Positions 12,104 through 20,000 of a stretch of 20,000 nucleotides of DNA are shown piece after piece. The stretch spans positions 53,471-73,470 of the forward strand of contig QPGO01000285.1 of assembly GCA_008632985.1 (NCBI GenBank), in the 5' to 3' direction. A program made the position numbers and the translations under genes. The DNA comes from Psammoneis japonica (taxonomy: Eukaryota). The notes below the pieces were generated by a model. It worked only from the letters and a program-made list of their open reading frames with translations, was not told the origin of the DNA and ran no database searches. The first letter of the stretch is position 1; each line of letters opens with the position of its first letter.

Positions 12104-15100
12104 ATGGCGGCGCTTTTCAACCAAGGTGCTGTTGATGCGGCGGTGGCAGCTGGACTGAGCTTGCCATCTCACACGAGACGAGTTGGCAGTGATGAACCAT
12201 CCGGCGAGCTCAATCTAGAAGAAGCGCTGGAGGAGGCCAACGAAGAAGGTGATGGAGGCGACTCCGATGAGGAGCATGAAATTGCCGACATGCACGATGA
12301 TGCAAGGGCTGAAGCCTTTGCTGATCGGCAAAGAGCCACGGTCAATGGTGAGTCTGATGAACAGACAGTTGAAGTGAATGACGCCACTTCATTGCTGCTT
12401 CACCGCGGGAACATCGAGCACCCCCACAATCTTCATGTCCCAGTGCCGCCAACTGACTGGGTTCCTCCAGCTTGAAAGGCACAACAAGGCGAGCCCGAAT
12501 TCACGGATGCAGACAATCCAGGCGGCTGGAATCAGCTCACCTTCCACCCTGAATTTGACGCCAAGGGCGCCAAACAATGCTTGTGCCATTCGCTCCCAAC
12601 AGGTGCCACTCCTGTTCCCAAAGATGAAGAAGGCAGATGTCCAGTCAACGATTGGGAATTTTTCTGTGATGGGTGGACGCGTGAAAGATCATCCCATTTT
12701 GTTTCTGCTGATGCTGGAGCGATGCTGTCCCTGTCAAACAGGAGCGGAGCATCAAAGGACAATCTGTTCCCAGAAAGCAGGAAGGGCTGACGGGTTCCAG
12801 TCCTGGGTGGGACTTTTTGTGACATTGGGCCCGCAGAATTCTGCATGCGAGCTCTGCAGTAAAATTGTCAAGCAATGGACACATGAATGATCGCCAACAG
12901 AAAAAGAGGCAATTTTGCGGACGCATCTCCTCCTCCACACTTGAAGCACATTCTTTGCAGTGTGCCCGGGTGTGTTCTTCAGACATTAAAGAACATGCCC
13001 AGCACATTTTTGTTGACACAAGTGCAGATGACAGAAAGCCTTTGGCTTCACAAAACAGGCAGTGTCGAACAATTTTTCATGATGGAACACGTAGAAATGC
13101 ACGTGCGAAACATGCGACGGATGACAAAAAACAATTGTGTCACAGCTCAGCAGTGCGAGGTCCCACCTGGAGCTGGAACACGTTGGCCACTTGGATCCAG
13201 CAATGCTGAAAGCGCTTGGCATGACAAAGGAAAGAATCAGCAATCATGGTGCTCTCTTTTTTTGTCAGCTCATTTTGCCAATTTGTGACATTTCAAAGTT
13301 GGGTGTCGACAATGACCCACGAAAGCTGTTTTACACGGAGGTTGAAAGGTTCTCTAACTTGCGTGCTTTGAGAGACCCAAATCCATTCAGCTCGCATGGG
13401 CATGGTGCCAACATGGTTGCTGCAACAGAGTTGGTGCATTTTGATGGTGTGGTGGTTCGTGATGGGGTGAGAGGCGGCAGTGATGGCGCCATTTGTCGAC
13501 GGTGGCAGAGCGGATCGGACCATGATTCAACAATGTCAACGGTGATGCACCATGCCCGCTGGCTCCAAATGAAGCGTCTGACCAAGCTTTGCGACAACAG
13601 CGTGGCGCCACAATGTGGAGAGGATGGGTGTGACCCAGCATGCAAGCATTCCATGCTGCATGATGTCATTGTGCACAATGTGAATGCGATCACCAGAGTT
13701 GCCGACCTCGACATTTGTGGTGACGAAACAACGTGGGGGCATGCAGGTTGCGGAGAGGCTGGCAGCGGATTGACTGGCAGAATTGCTGGGAAGCCGGGCA
13801 TCACAAAGGGGGGGGGCAAACAGTCATTGTCAGTGACACGCACTGCACTCAACTGCGAGCGTGTCTGCATCATCACAAGCTTCGTCCCAAGCCTCAAGGT
13901 TGGGGAGCAATGGGCCCGCTTGAAGCGCGAATGATGATGGAGCAAACAGCACCCATGGTGCAAACTGTTGGGAGCAATGATGGTGATGGAGGGCCAAAGA
14001 AGATGTTCATGGGCAAGCCTCACAGCACTTGGGACAACTGCTTCTCAGGTGACCAGATTGTGGGCTGGCTCGGCCAAAATGGATTTTCTGCAACTGTGAC
14101 ATGTCGTCGAGATCGCCTCCCATCCGGAATCCCTGCAAAGCATTTTCACAAGAAGGTGATGCGGGTGGATGACAGGTCAAAGGTGGCTCGTTTTCTTGAG
14201 CCTGTCAATGCGACAAAGACGGTCCCCAGATCAGACACGAACAGGGAGTGCCAACGGCTTCATTGCTCATTTCAATCTGCCTCCTCCTGCAACATTGCAA
14301 TGGTGAATGCTCTCAACAAATGCTCAAAATTTGCAACACATCGTGAATGAGGCCAGGGAAGAAGCAAGCGCCATTGGGGCATTGAAATGAATGAAGCAAG
14401 AATGACGCACCTCAGCACCTGCTCACGAATTGATTCCATTGATCATTTGATGAAGAACGCACACATGTTTTATCGATCGTGGAAGCACTGGCACTCGGCA
14501 ATGCTGCATGGTAAGAAGCTTGCTGTGACAGTTGTGTGTGACATCCATCTTGAATGTTGTGAAGGGAATGTCGATCCTGAGTGGCGCAATGACAATCCCA
14601 TGTCATTCTGGTCGTTTGAGACAGGTGTTTGGAGCAAATGTTGGAGCACAAGCCAGAGCGTTGCATGCATCCTGGAGACTCAGCAATGCAAGCATCAACC
14701 CAACAAAACCAGCAACGCCGTGACCGTTTGGTCGACAGCGTGCCTCGCTTGACCACCACAATGGGTGAGGTCGTCACAACAACTCAATGCCGGGAGGCAA
14801 AACGTGGCGGCTGTCCACCCCGCTCATGTGGTGACCTGACACAATTGCGGAGGCACATTGATGGAGTGGAGACGGGTTTGAAGCACCCACGTCTTTGTGT
14901 TTGGTGTGGCAAAGATGCGTGCACGCGATGCAACGTCTGTGGGAAATTTGTGCATCATTCAGCGTCCCACCGTGGGAAACATGGTGATGAGAATTGTTTT
15001 TTTCTCTGCCATGATGAAGGATTGTTTGGTCTTGCATGAGATGACACCAAACTTTTTGTTTGCAAGCGCAAGTCAAATTGGAAAGAGCCATCGCAAGCAA

Positions 15101-15162
15101 GAAAGCAGGTGAACGCGACTCACATTCAAGACATTCGTCAAGGACGCAGCAACCCTGAATGA
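12104..15162 (+). pseudogene. piggyBac-type (PGBD) DDD transposase pseudogene
   Basis: Catalytic-type motifs DICGDETTW, HSTWDNCFSGD (cf. DNYF) and RIDSIDH; SWKHWH; C-terminal Cys-rich domain CVWC..CNVC..H..CFFLCH. Disrupted by in-frame TGA at 12473, 14348 and 15037, frameshifts at the G-run ~13808-13816 and near ~14615, and an insertion at 12790-13184. Confidence 0.88.
12790..13184. mobile_element. Non-autonomous TIR element (MITE-like, ~395 bp) nested in the transposase
   Basis: Left end ACGGGTTCCAGTCCTGGGTGGGAC versus reverse complement of right end ACGTGTTCCAGCTCCAGGTGGGAC. Flanked by GGCTG (12785-89) and GGCCA (13185-89). Removing it restores the frame FPESRKG-x-LDPAMLKALGMTK. Confidence 0.8.
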
Positions 15163-15267
15163 CAAGTGTCCAGCCAATCAGTGTCACACACAAATCACAT
15201 TTCTGTCAAACTGCTGCCAGCAAAGCAGAAAAATGAGCATGACTGATGCATTGACAAAGCAACAATG

Positions 15268-15495
15268 CCGGGTGCAGGAACCGCAATTTTGGTGCGGGCG
15301 TCGCACCCGCATGAATGAGCCGGGTGTGGCACCCTCTTTTCAAATGAGGGCGCCACACCCGCATTAAAAACCTGGGTGTGACACCCGCTTTTCAAGTCGG
15401 TGCACCACACCCACATAAAAAAACCCGGGTGTGACACCCGCTTTTCAAGTGGGTGCACCACACCCGAGTGAAAAAAACCGGGTGCAGCACCCTGG
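15268..15495. repeat. ~53-bp tandem array (about 4.3 copies) of palindromic GGGTGTNNCACCC motifs; transposon subterminal repeats
   Basis: Units start near 15268, 15320, 15372, 15425 and 15478. GGGTGTGACACCC occurs at 15374-15386 and 15427-15439. Each unit carries a second, inverted copy (GGGCGCCACACCC / GGGTGCACCACACCC). Confidence 0.85.
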
Positions 15496-15899
15496 GTTTT
15501 GGTGCCAAGACCAAACGACACCTCGCTCATCATCTCGCATGGTTTGGCCAGTGTCATTGCGTGCAAGCGCACAGAGCCATGGGTCTGCTGCAGCGACTCG
15601 TCCGCCACAGAAGCATTTTGTGGCAAGGTCTCGTCGGATGAGGAAGAAGAGAGGTCGCGGTGTTGTCTGAAGAAGACTTGCAGAAGGAAGAGGGCACGCC
15701 ACAGGCTGAGAAAGAAGAAATGGTGCCAATGTGTTGAGCTGTGGCACAAGCTGCACCCTGATGCAAAGCTGCCATCTGCACCCCTGACCCCATTGCCAAA
15801 TTGATGCCTCTCGTCAACATTGGAGTTTTGCACAAAAACTTAGAAGAGAATGACAAGGGTGGGCTGGGGGCATTTCCTGTGGACAACTTGGTTTTCTCA

Positions 15900-18800
15900 G
15901 AGCTGAGAGCTGTGCTGAGTGAGCCAACTCTTCAGGAAAGCTGCTTTTGATGTGTGGAGGGCAACACCTGCCTTCTCAACAACAAAACTCAAATGTGCTT
16001 TTGTTCTTGTTTTCTTGCACATGAGCGAGCAGCTTGTGTGGCTCATGTGCGCCACACACACTGCACTCACAAACTGTGCAAGGTGTGCAGCACGGCTGTT
16101 TTGGGCAACAAAGATGACCTTGAGTGAGTGGCTGGTCAGAAAATGAGTCTGTCACAACCAAGGCATGTGTGTTGCATGGCTGTTGTTTTTGTGGGTCAAA
16201 GTGCAATGTCTTGTTCTGGATGAGTCTCTGAGCAGCCCAAATTCCCAAAATTCATGTTTGCCCACTCTGCACTCACAAAGTGCATTTGCACAAGCCACAC
16301 AGTGCATGAATGGCAGCCAAGTGACCCGCAGCCAAACTGTGCTTGATGCTTTGAATTTGTGCCTTCTTGCTGGAGCATGCACAGTGTGCCTGGAAGCTGA
16401 GAGTGCAAACAATTTGGCAGCAGAAGAGAATTTTTCTGCTGACTGAGACCCATGCCACCAGGTGCTTCTGCACACACAGAAGCTGTGCTGCCACCACAAT
16501 GGCAGTCAAGCAATCCAGCCAAGCTGTGCTCAGCACTTTGCATTTGTGCCTGGGTTGTGCAGCAGAGAGTGCTCTCTCCTCAGAAGCTGAGAGTGCAGAC
16601 AATTTGGCAGAAGCAACTTTTTCTGCTTGCCGAAACCTGGCTGCCAGGTGTCCCTGCAAAAACAGAACTGTGTGCTGCTGACATGTTCCAGCCCCATGCA
16701 ATGCTGCACAAAATGAGACCTCATTTTTGAGCACACAAGTGACATGTTCCTCATGACGACAATGTGTGGAGTGTGCTCAGTGCTCACACAAAATTGTTCT
16801 TTCATTGGTGCCCAAGTTTTGTGCCTGTGATGTGTGCACCACAATTTGTTTTTGTGGAGTCAACGCCAATTGCATGACAGCATGTGTTGGCTGCAACGAA
16901 GCCTTTGCAGAGGCAGAATGCCTGCCAGAAAAAATGACAAACAAATGTTTTGTGTTGGCACCATCCAAACAGCAATGGCACGCAAATTCTAAGATTTTGT
17001 TCAAGAATCACCTGTTGCATCATGATTCATTCATCCTTGCAATGAAAGTTGTTGACAAACAACACTGGCATTTGGACAAAGAATCCATGCTTTTGATGGC
17101 CAAAATTCAGTCGACACAAGTCAGAGATTGCAGAGTGTGTGCAGAAGCTGAGAGCACAAACAATTTGGCAGATGCGGGAAAAACTGCCTCTGCTGGCCAA
17201 TGCTCAGCCACCAAAGTGCCAACTTCTTGTGCAGACAGAAGCTGCGCTGTCACCTTGGGGTTGCAAAACATGCTCAGAAGCTCGGAGTGTGCAAACAATT
17301 TGGCAGAAGTGGCTGTTTCTCTTGCAGCTGAAACTTGGTCACCAGGTGTTCCTGCACACACAGAGGCTCTGTTGACCATGACTTTTTGGACACTGACACA
17401 CCCTGCTGAGTGGCCCAAACTCCCAAAATTTTTGTGTGCAGCACTTCGTTTGTCCTGAACTGCAGAAAAGCTGATTTTGGCAGAGGGCAACAGCTGCCTC
17501 TTCATGACATGATGAAGTTTAAGTGCTTCTTCTTGCTCTGCTCACAGATGAGCAGCTCTCACACAATTTGTGCACACACACCGTGCACTCACGAAGTGTG
17601 CGAAATGTGTGGCATGACTGCTTTGGATGACACAGACCTTGGGTGAGCAACTGGTCAGAAAGAATGAGAGCAACCTTTCACTTCACAAAGCACAATTTCT
17701 TGTTCCAGATTCTTCTCTGATCCACCCAAATTTCCAAAACTCATGCATGCATCATGTTGTGCTCACAAGCTTGCTTGCGCGTGCTTGTGGCTCAGAGTGG
17801 GCCTGCGCAGGTTTTCTGCTGGGATTGACTCGACTGACCTGGCTCTTGACGCCAAAGCACGACAAAACAACACGTGAATCCTTTGCCGTTGTTCATTTGT
17901 CAACCACGAAGAGTTGCCAATCCAATGAGACACATGTGATCCACAAGTGCCTCATTGATGTAGCTGCACCCAAATGGCTTGGCAACTGTTCTGGGTGGGC
18001 CCGAACTCGTTCGACGGAACGTGTCATCGTGGTGGTGTCGCGTGCCAAAAATCGGTGGTTGTCAATTCGCAATGATGTGTGTCAATGACTGCACAAATGA
18101 CCAAAAATTCTGGTGTGTGACGCAGAATGCTGCTGGGGTCAGTGCGAAAAGCAGCAAGCTTGTACAAAGTGCATGAGGTGCATGGCACAACTGTTTTGGC
18201 AGGCAATGAAGACCCTGAGTGAGCAAACCATTGGGGTGCAAATCTGTTGCCCAAGTGTGCGGCATTGGTCTTGTTCTGTGGGTGAGTCTCTGCAGCCCAA
18301 TTTTCCCAAAATCCATGACCACACACTCTGCCCTCATGAAATGCACTTGTGTGAAGCAAACAGCGTGAATGGCAGCCAAGCAATCTGGCCAACAATCTGC
18401 ACTCAGCACTTTGTGTTTGTGCCTTGGGGCATCGTGCAAAGTTTGCTCAGAAGCTGAGGGTGCAAACAATTTGGCAGAAGAGATTTTTTCTGCTGGGTGG
18501 CACCTGGCCACCTGGCATTCCTGCACACACACGGAAGCTGTGGTGTGTGTCCCTGCACAAACAAAAGTTGCTCTGCCACTGCAGTGGCAGCCAAACAGCA
18601 ACCCAGCCAAGCTGTGCTTCAACACTTTGGTTTTGTGAGCCTGGGGTTGTTCAGTGTGTGCTCAGAAGCTTGGAGTGCAAACAATTGTTTGGCAAAAGAG
18701 ATTTTTTCTGCTGGGTGACACCTGACCACCTGGTGTTCCTGCACACAGCATGCACAAAAGCTGAGCTGTTCATGAACTGCCCTGAAAGCTCATGAACTCC
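15900..18800. repeat. Modular degenerate repeat region (TG/CA-rich), element class unknown
   Basis: Motif GAAGCTGAGAGTGCAAACAATTTGGCAGAAG in variant copies at ~16393, 16583, 17144, 17277, 18450 and 18665. A second block (GACCTTGxGTGAG...TCTTGTTC...CCCAAATTxCCAAAAxTCATG) occurs at ~16115-16256, ~17635-17745 and ~18210-18317. Confidence 0.75.
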
Positions 18801-19483
18801 ATTTGAGTTTGCAAACCTCCAGCTCATTTGTTTCTCCTCGTTGAGCTGAGGTTTTTGTGTTTTAAACTTTGTGTTTGGAAAAAGTCCGTGAATTGAAAGC
18901 CCTCAGTGTTTTGGTTTTTGAGCTCCCAATTTTTTCAGGGTCGCCGAAGTGATGACGAAATTGAATGAAAACACGCGAAGCCACCATCATGACGCGGTTG
19001 TGCACTGCAGAACTTAAGTGCTTCAAAGTGTTCAAACGCCAAGCAGCTGCTGACAACTGCAAAGCACAGCTGAAAACATCGAGCCGCTGTTGAACGAGCA
19101 GCAACCCCTCCTGATCAGAGAAGAGCTGAGGACAGACGTAGTCATCACAACGTCCTTTCGCGTTGAGTTGCTTGCTCTTTTTCCGCCAAAAAGTAAGTCC
19201 GCCCATCCAGCATCGTCGGGCATACGGTGTGACAAGAAGCAGTTCGCAATGGCTTTCTCGGTCTCTCTAGCTAGCTACTAGAGAGGAAGCTCGTCTCAGT
19301 GGCCATGTGCATATGCAAAGAATAGCAACTTGAAACTAGACTACCATAGTACTGCACATGTTGCAGTCATCAACTTCGTGATCCAGCTACACAAACACAG
19401 CTTTTAAAAGGACAGAAGGGGCAACCCAGCACCGGCACCGTGACGTGCAGAAGTGCAAACGCCAAACGAGCCTCTACCATTTA

Positions 19484-20000
19484 TCACGCGGTAAACCCGA
19501 CGTTCGCCTTATTATGCCCCTGAGATAAAAGGTTTACCTCAACTCCTTCATCACCATGGGGTTGCTGTTTCGACGTCAAAATTATTCTGCAATTTTCAAT
19601 CGTGGTCGAGACATAGGTTATCACCGACAGATCCTCTTAATAATGCAAGACAAACAGACCGAAGTGAGCTCAACATGAACTTTTAATCAAGACTTGGCAA
19701 CGGTAAAGTTACTGCGTTAACTCACCAAGATCGTCGCCGAAAGGATCTATCATTTTCTGGCCAAGTAATCTCAACCCTACAACAAAAATGGACTGCAAGA
19801 TAACAATCAAGCCACTGAGCAGTTCAATGGTCCAGTCCGAATCGTCTCCCCAGCCAGCAGAAAATGCGTTGTCTATCGCAAAGAGTGGCAAGTAGAATGC
19901 AGAAAGCAGGCACAAGAAATGGATGTAGAAGAAGTGAGTGGGCTGATCGCAATAATCATAAATGCCATCCATGGCACCTCTCAAATCTAGAATACGAGTC
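19484..20000 (-). CDS. Bestrophin/UPF0187-like anion channel, 3' end only; intron 19636-19725
   Basis: QPTHFFYIHFLCLLSAFYLPLFA...IFVVGLRLLGQKMIDPFGDDL, spliced (G|GTGAG...AAG|AG) to EDLSVITYV... This gives the bestrophin-type DPFGDDxEDL motif. Stop TGA at 19486-19484. Confidence 0.8.

Larger units (their letters stand above)
11867..15585 (+). mobile_element. Decayed piggyBac-like DNA transposon (~3.7 kb including nested insertion); ends tentative
   Basis: Contains the transposase relic. Imperfect terminal inverted match GATCCATGGC (11867-11876) / GCCATGGGTC (15576-15585), with further weak inverted similarity inward. The motif GGGCGCCACACCC occurs near both ends (11931 and ~15348). A clean TTAA target duplication is not visible. 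Confidence 0.7.

Noticed and set aside
12104..15162. RNA editing (ADAR) or reverse-transcriptase error, or TGA read-through/alternative code
   Set aside because: The element is a cut-and-paste DNA transposon and changes occur on both strands. Frameshifts and a nested insertion show it is a pseudogene, and host genes use TGA as stop.
15268..15495. CRISPR-like array of palindromic repeats
   Set aside because: The intervening sequences are themselves repeated rather than unique spacers, there are no cas genes, and the context is a eukaryotic transposon.
15900..18800. Dense overlapping Cys/His-rich ORFs in all six frames
   Set aside because: Artefact of TpA loss: TAA/TAG stops and Tyr codons are missing and TG/CA inflate Cys/His/Ala. 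No recognisable domains.
12061..18840. Classical fungal RIP or simple CpG decay as the cause of the composition
   Set aside because: RIP raises TpA and creates TAA/TAG stops. CpG decay cannot remove TpA or turn Tyr into Cys/His. CpG is partly retained here.
15820..18870. Possible TIR pair bounding the modular repeat (CACAAAAAC at ~15831 / GTTTTTGTG at ~18851)
   Set aside because: Only a 9-bp low-complexity match, insufficient to define element ends.

Overview
Compact eukaryotic DNA with short GT-AG introns, most likely from a diatom or other stramenopile (inference from gene density, intron size and transposase family). Host genes occupy 1-11.7 kb: the 3' part of the DNA polymerase alpha catalytic subunit, an RRM plus RlmM/FtsJ-like methyltransferase broken by frameshifts, two hypothetical membrane proteins, a small ZNF706/SERF-like zinc finger and a small membrane protein. 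The 3' end of a bestrophin-like gene lies at the right edge. Between about 11.87 and 19.2 kb is a nested repeat island: a decayed piggyBac-like transposon, a ~395-bp TIR element inserted in its transposase, a ~53-bp palindromic subterminal array and ~3 kb of modular degenerate repeats. The main observation is that this island has almost no TpA dinucleotides. By hand count there are about 15 in 12061-18840 (~2/kb), against about 20 in the first 600 bp of the polymerase gene (~33/kb). Expected transposase tyrosines read as Cys or His, pointing to TpA->TpG/CpA (A:T->G:C) hypermutation on both strands. This runs opposite to fungal RIP and is a candidate repeat-targeted genome-defence system.
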